Source of the DNA: Trypanosoma brucei
Taxonomy: Eukaryota
Reading direction: 5' to 3'
NCBI GenBank assembly: GCA_000002445.1
Contig: CP000070.1
Coordinates: forward strand, 288,001 to 352,000
DNA length: 64,000 nucleotides
In this document: one piece after another, positions 1-11,427 of the stretch
How the letters are laid out: every line of letters starts with the position of its first letter
How positions within the stretch are numbered: the stretch's first letter is position 1
Translations under genes and position numbers: made by a program
The notes under the pieces: generated by a model
Seen by the model: only the letters and a program-made list of their open reading frames with translations
Told to the model about the DNA's origin: nothing
Databases searched by the model: none

Positions 1-11
1 ACCAGACATTC

Positions 12-1067
12 ATGGGCGACGACGGTTATTCGTCATACGTCCTGCTTCAGGAACAGATCCTGACAGTGAAGCGTAGCTTCAGCGAAGCTCTCGAAAAGGA
101 ATTAAATTTGGTTGAGGTGCGAGCACCGATTCTGTTTCGGGTGGGTGACGGAACACAGGACAATCTCTCCGGCTTCGAGAAGGCAGTTCAGGTCCCTGTC
201 AAGGCCATTCCCAATGCATCATTTGAGGTGGTACATTCACTTGCCAAGTGGAAGCGACGGACGCTCGCTAACTACAAGTTTGCTCCAGGCCATGGGCTCT
301 ACACCCACATGACGGCACTGCGTGTGGATGATGTTCTGGACAATATCCACTCTGTTGTGGTGGACCAGTGGGACTGGGAAATGGTGATGAAGGATGACCA
401 GCGCAATTTGGCCTTCTTAAAGGAGGTTGTGTGTAAGGTGTATGCCGCAATCCGAAAAACGGAGTTGGCTGTCTGTGAAAAGTACAAGCAGAAGCCTATT
501 CTCCCGGAGACCATACAGTTTGTGCATGCAGAGCACCTACTTCTGGCGTACCCAAACCTAACAGCTAAGGAGCGTGAGCGGGAGATTGCACGAGAATACG
601 GCGCTGTTTTCCTCATTGGCATAGGCGCTGTCCTTAGCAGTGGGGATCGGCATGATGCACGGGCGCCGGATTATGATGATTGGACCTCTCCAGTTGAGGC
701 ATCCCAAGTCGTTTTCCCCCGAACCTCTAAACCCATACCAACGATGAACTCCCTTTCGTCACTGAAGGGGCTGAATGGTGACATTCTGCTTTACAATCCT
801 ACGCTGGATGATTCACTTGAGGTAAGCAGCATGGGCATCCGCGTGAATGCCGAGGCTTTGCGTCACCAAATTTCTCTGACGGGAGACGATTCTCTTCTCA
901 AAAGTGAGTGGCACCAACAGCTGCTGAATGGTGAGTTTCCCCAGACTGTTGGCGGTGGTATTGGCCAGAGTCGCATGGTGATGTTCATGCTAAGAAAGAA
1001 GCATATCGGGGAGGTGCAATGCAGCGTCTGGCCTGAGGAGATTCGGAAAAAGCACAATTTGTTGTAA
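12..1067 (+). CDS. asnA: asparagine synthetase A (aspartate--ammonia ligase, AsnA type)
   Basis: 351-aa ATG-to-stop ORF that aligns end to end, by recall, with bacterial AsnA. Shared motifs include [30 protein letters not shown] and GGGIGQSR. Confidence 0.9.
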
Positions 1068-2301
1068 AAAACTTTTTTTCATCATTTCCCCCCCTTTGTT
1101 TTCGCCTTCTTCATTTGTTTTGGTTTTGCCTTTAATGCAGAGCGGAATAAATTACCTTTTCGTATTGTTCCCGTTGGTGCGTGTTCTCGCATCGGGATAT
1201 CGTCATCATTCGTGTTTCTTTCTTGTTTTGTCCTTTTAAAGTTTCGGTAATCGAATGTTTTTTCCTCTTTTTCTTTGGGTAGGGGGAGGAGAGGGGAGGT
1301 GGAGAGGACGGCTCATACTTTTTTTCGTCGTTAAAATTTTATCCCTTTCGTTTCCAATCTGTTTCTTGTCTTGTATTTATTTTCAGAAGGCAGGACCGCG
1401 GCTACCTGCTGGAAGTGTGTGCCATGGCCGCTCTTACTATTTCCGCCCATTTGTTGTTATTTATATTTTTGAAATTTGACGTATTGAAGGATGAAAATAG
1501 TACGGGATATGTTAAAGCGTCGAAATAGAACCAAGGCGGAAAACTCGGGAATTGTCTAAATAAGTATATGCATGTAAGGCGAGTAAGAAAGCGGTGTCAA
1601 TCGAAAAAGTGAAATACTAAAAAATAGAGGAGGTGGTGAAGATGCGCCAATTAATCAAACTTCCCTGTGGTTGGCACCTCCTGCCTTAACTCATTTTTGT
1701 GTCGTTTATATATATATATATATAAATGTCACGATAGCCCGCACTACTTTGGTAGCTTCTTTTTCTTTTTCCATTTTTGTTCATCCTTTCCTGCTCTGGC
1801 AGAGATAATGAGTAAGAAACGTTACCTCACGCATACTCTTGTGGTGATGAATAGTTGGCGACGGGAATGCGGAGGGGGAGGAGGGAGGCAAACTCCTATT
1901 AAGTGCAGTAACACCGAGGTAACGAAATTGCGTTAGAAGGTAAAAGGATGGGGGCTGCACTTGTTTGTCTCATGAAACTTTTTAATATCCCTTCGTAAGC
2001 GCATGCGTTAACTAAGAAGGGTGCCAAGCCCTGCCACTCAGTTTGTGACCGGCTTTGTGCCAGGTAATGCTGAGAGCCCCAATAATCTACACTCGACACA
2101 ATATTGAGTGAACCAGAGACCCGTGTGTGTGTGCGTGTGGAGGGCGGGATTACATGTAATGAATTTGTGGTGCCTGCATGTGTTTGGACCGCTCATTTGA
2201 CGAAAAAGAAAAAGTTCTCTTTTGGCATCAACCATAACATCTCGTAAAAGGGAAGGTTGGTAGGTTTACGCGCGAACGAGTAGGTTGGAGGAGGCGCCTA
2301 C

Positions 2302-2802
2302 ATGTCTACAATCTTTGACTTTGAGGTGCTTGACGCCGACCATAAGCCATATAATCTCGTGCAACACAAGGGCTCTCCGCTACTGATATACAATGTGGCA
2401 AGTAAATGCGGTTACACAAAGGGTGGTTATGAAACGGCGACAGCACTCTACAACAAGTACAAGTCACAGGGATTCACTGTTCTGGTGTTTCCCTGCAATG
2501 AGTTTGGTGGTCAGGAAGCCGGAAACGAGGAGGAAATCAAGGAGTTTGTATGCACCAAGTTCAAGGCTGAGTTTCCAATTATGGCGAAAATTAACGTAAA
2601 TGGTGAAAACGCACACCCATTGTATGAGTACATGAAAAAAACTAAACCTGGTATTCTTGCAACGAAGGCTATCAAATGGAACTTTACATCCTTCCTCATT
2701 GATCGAGATGGCGTACCCGTGGAGCGCTTCTCACCTGGTGCCTCTGTGAAGGATATTGAGGAGAAACTCATTCCACTGCTCGAAAGCACGCAGAGCGCGT
2801 GA
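2302..2802 (+). CDS. PxI: glutathione-peroxidase-type tryparedoxin peroxidase (non-selenium, Cys-based), array copy 1
   Basis: 166-aa ORF with GPx family motifs (NVASKCGYT, FPCNQFG-like FPCNEFGGQE, WNFTSFLIDRDG). It is the first of three tandem near-identical copies and lacks the N-terminal extension. Confidence 0.88.
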   Translation: MSTIFDFEVLDADHKPYNLVQHKGSPLLIYNVASKCGYTKGGYETATALYNKYKSQGFTVLVFPCNEFGGQEAGNEEEIKEFVCTKFKAEFPIMAKINVNGENAHPLYEYMKKTKPGILATKAIKWNFTSFLIDRDGVPVERFSPGASVKDIEEKLIPLLESTQSA

Positions 2803-3228
2803 TGGATTTGTCGCTGAAACGGAGTGCGCGGCTGGTGATGTGAAGTGCTGCCGATGATCGAGGACAGTGAAGTTGTAAATGATAATATGAAAAACGCGTT
2901 AATGAAGGGACCGTAAGTTTGCCCGCTTATGGTGATTATGGCACCCAGGTGTAACGCCAGCGGAGGTCATTTGATTTTCTCCATTATAATTTTTTTGTTT
3001 TGAAAGGGCGTTGTGTCGTGTGCCACTCAGTGAATGTTGCTGTAATTAAGTCGGAAGGGAAGTGGTTAAGGGGCAAGCTTCTGTTTTTGTGAACGAGGTA
3101 GTGCATCAACTAATATTGTACAGATTAGTCGCCTTCAGTTCCTATTTCGCTTTGTTTTTGTCCTTGCGTCGTTGGGAAGCAACACAAACAAGACTACCAA
3201 CTCCTTCGGCACTCATTCGGATAAAAAG

Positions 3229-3738
3229 ATGTCAGCTGCTTCGTCAATCTTTGACTTTGAGGTGCTTGACGCCGACCATAAGCCATATAATCTCGTGCAA
3301 CACAAGGGCTCTCCGCTACTGATATACAATGTGGCAAGTAAATGCGGTTACACAAAGGGTGGTTATGAAACGGCGACAACACTCTACAACAAGTACAAGT
3401 CACAGGGCTTCACTGTTCTGGCGTTCCCGTGTAACCAATTTGGTGGTCAGGAACCCGGAACCGAGGAGGAAATTAAGGAGTTTGTATGCACCAAGTTCAA
3501 GGCTGAGTTTCCAATTATGGCGAAAATTAACGTAAATGGTGAAAACGCACACCCATTGTATGAGTACATGAAAAAAACTAAACCTGGTATCCTCAAAACG
3601 AAGGCTATCAAATGGAACTTTACATCCTTCCTCATTGATCGAGATGGCGTACCCGTGGAGCGCTTCTCACCTGGTGCCTCTGTGAAGGATATTGAGAAAA
3701 AACTCATTCCACTGCTCGAAAGCACGCAGAGCGCGTGA
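3229..3738 (+). CDS. PxII: glutathione-peroxidase-type tryparedoxin peroxidase, array copy 2
   Basis: Start placed at the internal Met (MSAASSIFDFEV) by comparison with copies 1 and 3. The six-frame ORF starts at 3172, but its leader MGSNTNKTTNSF lies in sequence shared with the intergenic repeat. About 97% aa identity to copy 3. Confidence 0.85.
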   Translation: MSAASSIFDFEVLDADHKPYNLVQHKGSPLLIYNVASKCGYTKGGYETATTLYNKYKSQGFTVLAFPCNQFGGQEPGTEEEIKEFVCTKFKAEFPIMAKINVNGENAHPLYEYMKKTKPGILKTKAIKWNFTSFLIDRDGVPVERFSPGASVKDIEKKLIPLLESTQSA

Positions 3739-4139
3739 TGGATTTGTCGCTGAAACGGAGTGCGCGGCTGGTGATGTGAAGTGCTGCCGATGATCGAGGA
3801 CAGTGAAGTTGTGAATGATAGTATGAAAAACGCGTTAATGTAGGGACCGTAAGTTTGCCCGCTTATGGTGATTATGGCACCCAGGTGTAACGCCAGCGGA
3901 GGTCATTTGATTTTCTCCATTATAATTTTTTTGTTTTGAAAGGGCGTTGTGTCGTGTGCCACTCAGTGAATGTTGCTGTAATTAAGTCAGAAGGGAAGTG
4001 GTTAAGGGGCAAGCTTCTGTTTTTGTGAACGAGGTAGTGCATCAACTAATATTGTACAGATTAGTCGCCTTCAGTTCCTATTTCGCTTTGTTTTTGTCCT
4101 TGCGTCGTTGGGAAGCAACACAAACAAGACTACCAACTC

Positions 4140-4670
4140 ATGCTGCGTTCATCTCGGAAAAAGATGTCAGCTGCTTCGTCAATCTTTGACTTTGAGGTGC
4201 TTGACGCCGACCATAAGCCATATAATCTCGTGCAACACAAGGGCTCTCCGCTACTGATATACAATGTGGCAAGTAAATGCGGTTACACAAAGGGTGGTTA
4301 TGAAACGGCGACAGCACTCTACAACAAGTACAAGTCACAGGGCTTCACTGTTCTGGCGTTCCCGTGTAACCAATTTGGTGGTCAGGAACCCGGAACCGAG
4401 GAGGAAATTAAGGAGTTTGTATGCACCAAGTTCAAGGCTGAGTTTCCAATTATGGCGAAAATTAACGTAAATGGTGAAAACGCACACCCATTGTATGAGT
4501 ACATGAAAAAAACTAAACCTGGTATTCTTGCAACGAAGGCTATCAAATGGAACTTTACATCCTTCCTCATTGATCGAGATGGCGTACCCGTGGAGCGCTT
4601 CTCACCTGGTGCCTCTGTGAAGGATATTGAGGAGAAACTCATTCCACTGCTCGGGAGTGCGCGACTTTGA
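4140..4670 (+). CDS. PxIII: glutathione-peroxidase-type tryparedoxin peroxidase with N-terminal MLRSSRKK extension and C-terminal ARL, array copy 3
   Basis: 176-aa ORF. The body is identical in type to copies 1-2. It has a unique basic N-terminal extension (mitochondrial-presequence-like) and a unique C-terminus ...GSARL (PTS1-like). An alternative start is at 4164. Confidence 0.85.
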   Translation: MLRSSRKKMSAASSIFDFEVLDADHKPYNLVQHKGSPLLIYNVASKCGYTKGGYETATALYNKYKSQGFTVLAFPCNQFGGQEPGTEEEIKEFVCTKFKAEFPIMAKINVNGENAHPLYEYMKKTKPGILATKAIKWNFTSFLIDRDGVPVERFSPGASVKDIEEKLIPLLGSARL

Positions 4671-5758
4671 AAGAAGAATACGTCTCTGGACCGCGACAAC
4701 GCAAGACGCGGGAGGGGGGTGTTTTGGTGTGCTTTGCTGCGTTGTTATGTTTTCATTGTGTCTGTGTTTTTTATTGTTTCTATTTTTACCGAGTACTCAG
4801 CACTGACTTGAGGCAATCAGTGGAGTTGAGGTTGAAAGGGAGGGCCGCGGAAGCTGCTCAGAGAGATGCAAGAACCGAATTTGCGCTCCCTTGCGGGGGT
4901 GCATTGTCTCTCCCCTTTTGGTGCAAGTTCCACACATATCGTACCCGCCGTTTATCTTGGACGTGGAAGCAAATCCAACGTCTGCCACGGACGGGCACTC
5001 GTACTATCCGCGAACCCTGTTGTCGCGGCCTCCAGTTGCATAATGAGCGAAGAAGTGTGGTGTAGAGGGTTTTTCTTCTCAAGAAACCGAAGCACCTCTC
5101 AGATAGTTGGTTAAATAGTGTGGTTTACTGTCTTCGTAGTCTCCACAAATGACGTTATTGCAGTAGATTCAGTTTGCTTCATTCCTTTGGCCGTTGTGGA
5201 AAGTTTCGTCCATATTTGTATGCGTGTTTTAGTGGAGTCGGGTTGGCATTTAGAAGCGCGCTCGCGGAGAGGACAGACGGGGTCAATAGGGATGCAAAGA
5301 TTTTACGTGATCTGATTTACAAATATTCATTTTGTATTGATCGAAGGATCCAGTTACACCATACACACCCGTATTTCCCTTTTTGCATGGTGCTCACATT
5401 ATGATGGCCTCTTTTTTTTTTTTGCGTTCTCTGCTTAACAATCGGTGCATTTACACACTTACTTGCACTGTCGACGAGTAAATATACTTCATTCTTTTTG
5501 CGCTGCTAGGTGCACTTGTTTGTAGGGTTGTACGTATTCATTTCTGCCGTTGTGGCATCGTTATATTTCAGTTGAATTTCTTTTCGCCCGTAGTTTGCCA
5601 CTCCCTCCGGATTGTACCGTCTCTTGACACCACAAGAAATAGTTGAGAGTTTGTTTGCCTTCCGCGCAGAGGCTTCTGCTATTTAAAGAGGGAGACTCTA
5701 GTGGACACTTCCCTTGCATCTGCCTTAATCGGCTGACGCGCGTGGGCCTCTCACTGTT

Positions 5759-8700
5759 TTGTTGACCTGTGGCGACCCTTCTCCCCTTAGTGAAAAAGCT
5801 CCAGCATGCACAACAGAAACACATAAAGTGCTGGTACTTGTACAGATTCGTGGGGGAAGTGCGGGGGTTTTCTGGCGCACGGAAAGGGGCCAAAATTTAC
5901 CATTTTTTTTTGTTTCGCAACGAATGCGAGGATCCAATAGGGCGCAACTTTCGGCGTTATTTTCTATCGTGTCAGCAGCCACTCATCCTGGTGTGAGGGC
6001 TGGGCGAATCCCATGCGTGACGCAAGTAACGGCCCCAAATGATGCAACGGCTCCGTCGGCTACTGCATTGAGGCCTGAGAAGTCGCACTTGACCTGGCAA
6101 GAGGCGCTTTGCGAAATGGAAGGATTGCACGAAATGTCAGTGCCGGTGCGTTCCGCTGTGGCGCTGCATGAATTCCTCACCTCAGAAGCAAAGAAGCTTG
6201 GATGTGACGCCGCGCAACGGGGAGAACTGCGGCGGCGGGCCGGCGTCTTCTGTGCGAAGGACAACGCCCGCCCCCCACGGTGGTCCAGCGGCGTTTTCGC
6301 GGGTGATGATTCTCGTGTTAATGGGAGGAAGCTGAAGGACGTCCTGGTGGAGGAAATGGAAGGATGTCGTGCATGGGCAACAGAATGCATCCAGAAAATG
6401 GGGAGTGCAGCTGGTATAGACCAGACAAGGTGCGCTTTAAAACCGGTAGGTGGTGCGGGGGAGCCGTTTGAGGAGATTTGTGGAGCTGTTGCGTGCTTCG
6501 CCGGCGAAGAATCAGGGGTGGTTGAATCGTTCGCGCTGGCATCCGTTCTCCTGAATCACCTGCGACCAATGCGTCGTTGCCTTGTGGAACTGGCCAGGGA
6601 CGCATGGGAGGAAGCACTAAATGTGTGTGAGCAATTTCTAAACAGTGATGATGCAATCTCCTCAGCGCTAGGGGCAGAACTCTTTCGTTGCGTCGCTTCT
6701 GTCGCTCCTTCGAACAGTAGAGTGAAGCTCCTCAGTCTGTACGTGCATCAAAGGAGGAATCAACTGCTCAGTAATTTAAAGGACCTCCCAAACCTCTTCC
6801 GTTTCTGCTCCCTACGGTGCTTTGATGAGGAGGAACTTCTCAACTGGAGGCGTAAACTTAGAGAGCAAATGCAGGCAATGCTCGACATCATCCGGGAGAT
6901 GGACGCTCTAGATGTGGAGAGGGCACAAGAGTTCAAGCGGGCGTGTAGTTTGGGCCGAAGAGCCGCAGTAAACATGGTTCCAGCTGGTGGTTACTCCCAA
7001 GAGCACCACGGTTCTCACAGTAACCGTTTTTCGTTTTCTTCACCTGCATCCCTTTCTCGTAATATGGAAAAACGGGGGTGCGGGGTGGAGTGTGAGGAGG
7101 GAAAGAAGAGCGTACAGGTGCGTGAAATAAGTGCGAAAGGCGCAGAGTATGTGAAAGGAAATGTAGAGGGTTTGGACAATACGTCGAGGTCCGGGAACAG
7201 GTTCACGTCGTCCGAGATGGCGGTAGTGTCATCATGCTGGCAGCGCACGGCATTAGAAACTTGGCGGAAGCAACGTGGGAGTGCCATCAGAATGTTGTGT
7301 AGCCAGGACGGAAAAGAAGCGAAGGAAGGGGGTCAGGGAAAACAGTTCCGAGTGGAACTTGGGCACCACGAAGCGTGTCGAGCGGATGTCGCTGAAGGCC
7401 CTCACAGGACACCGCTATCCCGCCTCAGGGCCACAATAAGCGGTGGGTGTAAGGATTACTCGGACCTGCTCACCGCACTCTGCAGTTGGGTTAGGGAAAA
7501 TCGCCGCGACTTGAATGAGACCTGCTATATGACGTTTGTCCTAGAGATTGTTGTATTTATTTTTGTTTGTGAACTCCGACCCAGTGTAGGTGTGGCTGCG
7601 TTGTCGCAGCTCACCTCCCTGTTGGTGCAGTTCAGGAAGGAGCAGGTAGTCAATAATTCAGTGAATTTGTTTACTGAGCCGCTGACTGTGGGCCTCGCCG
7701 CAGCTGCTTTGCGCACGTCTATGGAGGCAGCGCGTCGTGGGACGGTGCGTGGTGGTATTGCCATCGATCCAGAGGATGTTGGGAACTCCCCATTCCTGAA
7801 GGACGTTGCCGCACTGCTCTTCGAGGTCCGGCTTCCTCATATGTTGCGCCAAACCGTATCCATTCTCCGTGACGGTTACTTCACCTCTCCGCTCGAAACC
7901 ATAGGAGCCCCACCACCGTTGGGTTTCTCCAATGAGTTTTACCAACACACTGGTGTGATTGCTGTTCTTGTTCGGATGGCAGCTTGCCGCAATATGCGAC
8001 CAACGGTGTCGCCTGATTTCCCAACGGTTCCTATTCAACCAGTCGCTTTTTTGATTGAACTTACCGAGGTGGTTGGCGAAAGTGCGATTTTAATGCTCAG
8101 AGAGATTCCCCTCCGTAGGAAGAAGCCCATCCCAGGGGTTTTGAATGAAGCGCTGTGGGGTTTGTTTGTGCCCTTTGCTGCTTGGTTGCTTCACAACGGC
8201 GAGAGTTTGGCAGGGGAGTTGCCTGTCGATGGAGTCCGTCGGTTATTGAAGTTGTGTGAAGCTGTTGTTGCGGATTTAGCGGCGCGGTGGAACTATAGTG
8301 TGGTGCCAACGAGGCGACGCTGGATAAGTATGGAAAAGCCTGTTGTATCTTTGTTTACACAAGAGTACGTGGCGGATGAGGTTACTCGGCGGAAGGTGGT
8401 GAGTTTCGCATCTCTTTTGGAGGGAATACTATCTGCGGCGTTACGTTTCTTCCCCAACATTTTCTCGGAGGCACGGGGATTTTCTCGCGTGTGCAGCGCG
8501 GTCGCTATCATTCTGCATGATGTGGACACCCACACAGCTCACCAGATTATGGAATTTCTTCTCCGCCTGTCACCCCCACCGGAGCAAATGGACTGCAGTG
8601 CGCATCATGCCGTTGTGCGCTGTTTGTCTGCTATGCGTCACGGTTGTACATTATGGATGCAAGCTGTGCATCATTACACTCAAACGTTGCGCACGATCAT

Positions 8701-9862
8701 CCGTGACGAGGAGGATGCCTCGGTTACCGCTAGCAAACGGTCTCGTGTCTCGGCGGACGTTTCAACTTCTCTTGTGCTACGCTGCGTGGGGAGTTCCAAC
8801 GCCCCTCGTGCTGTTCGCTGTATGTTGACTTTACGTATTGCCGCTCTTGCATCTGCAGCAGGTATTTCTCTTAACGCTCAGTCACTGGTCTCGTGCATGC
8901 ACAACTTCGTAATGCGAAGGAGTCAACCAAATGGTATCTTCAATGGCGTGCCATGGTGTGACGTGTTGGGGTGGCACAGTAACCTGATGACACGTGCAAG
9001 GAGGGCGTCGTGGGCAATGCGCGACGTACAGTTTCTCCACGCTGCGTGCCTACAGGCTCTACTTGCACAAGGGGAGTGGCCGGAGGCCCTTCTTTTATTA
9101 CCGAGGGTTGAGATCCCTTTCGCAAGTGACTACTGTCGGGAGGGAAGCAAGACCGGGACCCGTGGCTTCAAGAGTTGTGTCATGTCTCTCCTGGCGCTGT
9201 GCGCGTCGGATCGCACCCGAAGTTGCCGTGACACTGCAGCTACGTTGATCGAAATGGTTAGACGTCGAACATCTGAAAGGGAGATGTGCCCCACGTGGGA
9301 CGGGACGGTGACTAAACTGTGTCAAATTGCGTGTGTTGAGCCTCCCATTTACCGCGGCCGTGATGAAAAATCGCGTACACCGCTTTTTCGCGATTGTGCC
9401 CCCTCATTCCCCCAACCTGCGCCTGATGCGGAGGGGGAACTCTTGATTCGGCTAGGATCAACTGCGTTGTCATACAATCATCCGCGCTACAGTCACGAGG
9501 CATTGGTCAAGAGGTTGGAGGCGCGCGTTGCGAGGCTTCGGAGCGAAGTTGCGGTGACTCTTGCAATAACGTGTACTGGCACTGAGGAGCCGCAGCGGGG
9601 CCATGAGGGAGAAAAACACTGCCGGCCGTCGCTGATACGAGTGTGCGAGCGCACCTCCGTGGGACTTCACCGATCGCGGGTTGTCTGGTCGCAGAATACG
9701 TTGATGAGGGAGGAAACTGACCCGAGTCATGCAAGGGTGCATGATGAGGCGGCGAGGTCTCTCTTGGACACGCGGCTTGCCAGTGTTATGGTGCCGCTAC
9801 GCCGTCTCGAGAGGATCCGTGCAGAAAAGCATCACCGACACGACGGGGGCAAGAAGTGGTAA
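5759..9862 (+). CDS. large hypothetical protein (1367 aa as drawn; true start may be an internal Met such as 5924)
   Basis: Single uninterrupted 4.1 kb ORF on the polycistron strand, with protein-like composition. No motif that I can name from sequence alone. Confidence 0.6.
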   Translation: MLTCGDPSPLSEKAPACTTETHKVLVLVQIRGGSAGVFWRTERGQNLPFFFVSQRMRGSNRAQLSALFSIVSAATHPGVRAGRIPCVTQVTAPNDATAPSATALRPEKSHLTWQEALCEMEGLHEMSVPVRSAVALHEFLTSEAKKLGCDAAQRGELRRRAGVFCAKDNARPPRWSSGVFAGDDSRVNGRKLKDVLVEEMEGCRAWATECIQKMGSAAGIDQTRCALKPVGGAGEPFEEICGAVACFAGEESGVVESFALASVLLNHLRPMRRCLVELARDAWEEALNVCEQFLNSDDAISSALGAELFRCVASVAPSNSRVKLLSLYVHQRRNQLLSNLKDLPNLFRFCSLRCFDEEELLNWRRKLREQMQAMLDIIREMDALDVERAQEFKRACSLGRRAAVNMVPAGGYSQEHHGSHSNRFSFSSPASLSRNMEKRGCGVECEEGKKSVQVREISAKGAEYVKGNVEGLDNTSRSGNRFTSSEMAVVSSCWQRTALETWRKQRGSAIRMLCSQDGKEAKEGGQGKQFRVELGHHEACRADVAEGPHRTPLSRLRATISGGCKDYSDLLTALCSWVRENRRDLNETCYMTFVLEIVVFIFVCELRPSVGVAALSQLTSLLVQFRKEQVVNNSVNLFTEPLTVGLAAAALRTSMEAARRGTVRGGIAIDPEDVGNSPFLKDVAALLFEVRLPHMLRQTVSILRDGYFTSPLETIGAPPPLGFSNEFYQHTGVIAVLVRMAACRNMRPTVSPDFPTVPIQPVAFLIELTEVVGESAILMLREIPLRRKKPIPGVLNEALWGLFVPFAAWLLHNGESLAGELPVDGVRRLLKLCEAVVADLAARWNYSVVPTRRRWISMEKPVVSLFTQEYVADEVTRRKVVSFASLLEGILSAALRFFPNIFSEARGFSRVCSAVAIILHDVDTHTAHQIMEFLLRLSPPPEQMDCSAHHAVVRCLSAMRHGCTLWMQAVHHYTQTLRTIIRDEEDASVTASKRSRVSADVSTSLVLRCVGSSNAPRAVRCMLTLRIAALASAAGISLNAQSLVSCMHNFVMRRSQPNGIFNGVPWCDVLGWHSNLMTRARRASWAMRDVQFLHAACLQALLAQGEWPEALLLLPRVEIPFASDYCREGSKTGTRGFKSCVMSLLALCASDRTRSCRDTAATLIEMVRRRTSEREMCPTWDGTVTKLCQIACVEPPIYRGRDEKSRTPLFRDCAPSFPQPAPDAEGELLIRLGSTALSYNHPRYSHEALVKRLEARVARLRSEVAVTLAITCTGTEEPQRGHEGEKHCRPSLIRVCERTSVGLHRSRVVWSQNTLMREETDPSHARVHDEAARSLLDTRLASVMVPLRRLERIRAEKHHRHDGGKKW

Positions 9863-10234
9863 CAAGGAGGAGTGTGTAGGGAGTGAGTGACTCGTGTGTG
9901 GTGCATAATACCTGTTTATGCGCGTTTCGGTGTAAAGGGGGTACAAGTGGAGTTCTCTGATGACATTGCATGAAATACACACTTAATGCGGGCGCTACTT
10001 GGATATTCTGTTGCCTACCCTTTCACTACCTTGCTTCGCTGGAGGCAAGTTTGTTGACCTTTTTCAAGTTTGTGGAAATTGTGCGTCTGCCTACGCGGAG
10101 AGAACAACAACTAGTAGCGATACACGGTCGGCGTCAGGGGCAAAAACAAGAAAAAAGAGGAAGGTTTTGCTTAACGAATGCTGTGCCGTAGCCCGTGCTG
10201 CGCGGCACCTGTCTTCTGCCGTATTGTCGATATT

Positions 10235-10570
10235 ATGCGGCAGCGTGAACCTTACGCGCGTCCAGGTATTCTTTACCCTATCCGCGTGGAATTGGGTGAC
10301 CGTGTGGATAAGTGTACCCCGCATGAGTTGCAGGAGCTTATTGACACGATGCTTGCTCGATCTCAGCGGTACGGCACAGTCAAAACAGGGACGGTATATA
10401 ATGTGAATCAGTCTGTGGCAACGGAAATTAGGGCGTATGGACGCTACGTAGTGACGGGAAACATGCGCGGTGGCTACATCAAGGGGGATCATCGATACGG
10501 CCCGCGCTTGACGGGATATAGTGGGGCAACAACGAAACCAGGACTTAAATGGAACGGGGAGGACTTATGA
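10235..10570 (+). CDS. candidate small protein (about 111 aa; ORF opens at 10178)
   Basis: ORF in the 1 kb gap between two + strand genes. Balanced, non-repetitive composition (…GILYPIRVELGDRVDKCTPHELQELIDTMLARSQRYG…). A 133-aa antisense ORF covers it. Weak call. Confidence 0.3.
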   Translation: MRQREPYARPGILYPIRVELGDRVDKCTPHELQELIDTMLARSQRYGTVKTGTVYNVNQSVATEIRAYGRYVVTGNMRGGYIKGDHRYGPRLTGYSGATTKPGLKWNGEDL

Positions 10571-10872
10571 AACCGCAATCGATTACCGTCCCTTCGAATA
10601 TGCCTTCCTCTCCAGTCTGAAAACAGCGCGATCAAACAGTTTGAGTAGTTTGAAAAGTTGGCTTTCGGCCTGGGTTGCCTCTCATCCCAGGTTTCCTTGT
10701 TGATAACCTCCGCATTATTTGAAAATTGTATGTGTGCTGCCACTCGAATGTGTACATCTATGTGTTGTGGTCCCGTTTGCATTTGCACTCATGTTTCCTG
10801 CAAGGGATCAGCCATAAACTGGACCCCTGTTCAAGATAGGTTTACCATACTGAAAAGAAAAAGAAAAAGGAG

Positions 10873-11427
10873 GTGCAGCTCCGCAGTTTAGACGGCATTG
10901 GACCATTACCACACCGAAGCGGAAAAGTTGCACATAGGTGTTCTGTTATGATTACAGAGGGCGCCGCTACACCCTGTGCCGAGGTGCCGGCGATTCGCCG
11001 TGTTCGGCGAACTCGTTCACGCTTTGAGCGTCTCGTCCGCCCTGAGGATGTCGCCCCCGGTGAGCCAACCCCTAGTGTGGAGGGATGGGTCCTATTCCTC
11101 ACCAACTTACCACCCAACACCACGATGGACCACATCACTGATCTTTTTGTTACGCGTGAGGGTGAGGGACTCTGGAACGTGCGGGAAGTGAAAATGCCCC
11201 TTGATAAAAATTGTGAATGTTGCGGTTATGCACTGGTGGAATTGGAAAAGCGCGAAGCCTTCGAGGCCGCATTGCGAGATATGGAAGGAATGACGTTGTC
11301 CTTCGCTGAGGGTGAACCACCAAACGGCGAGGACGCGTGGCGTCTTCACATAGCTCCGACATTCCTCGGCGAGAAGGACGACGAAGAAGAGGAGTTGGTG
11401 GCGGGAGGAAAACGGGAGCGTGAGTAG
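10873..11427 (+). CDS. Y14: Y14/RBM8A-like RRM protein (exon-junction-complex type)
   Basis: RRM core EGWVLFLTNL…DHITDLF…CGYALVELEKREAFEAALRDMEGMTL parallels human Y14 EGWILFVTGV…[25 protein letters not shown]. The real start may be the internal Met near 10948. Confidence 0.65.
   Translation: MQLRSLDGIGPLPHRSGKVAHRCSVMITEGAATPCAEVPAIRRVRRTRSRFERLVRPEDVAPGEPTPSVEGWVLFLTNLPPNTTMDHITDLFVTREGEGLWNVREVKMPLDKNCECCGYALVELEKREAFEAALRDMEGMTLSFAEGEPPNGEDAWRLHIAPTFLGEKDDEEEELVAGGKRERE

Larger units (their letters stand above)
2302..4670 (+). repeat. 3x head-to-tail tandem gene array, period about 930 bp (peroxidase genes plus conserved spacers)
   Basis: Spacers 2803-3228 and 3739-4163 are near-identical. 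The coding bodies are near-identical. Divergence is confined to the 5' ends of copy 1 and copy 3 and the 3' end of copy 3. Confidence 0.9.

Noticed and set aside
3172-3228. N-terminal extension MGSNTNKTTNSFGTHSDKK on peroxidase copy 2
   Set aside because: The extension lies in sequence that is part of the conserved spacer, which is also present untranslated upstream of copy 3. The homologous start MSAASS is shared with copy 3.
2393-4470. Three repeated 68-aa + strand ORFs (2393, 3329, 4264)
   Set aside because: Alternative-frame ORFs inside the three peroxidase genes. They repeat only because the array repeats.
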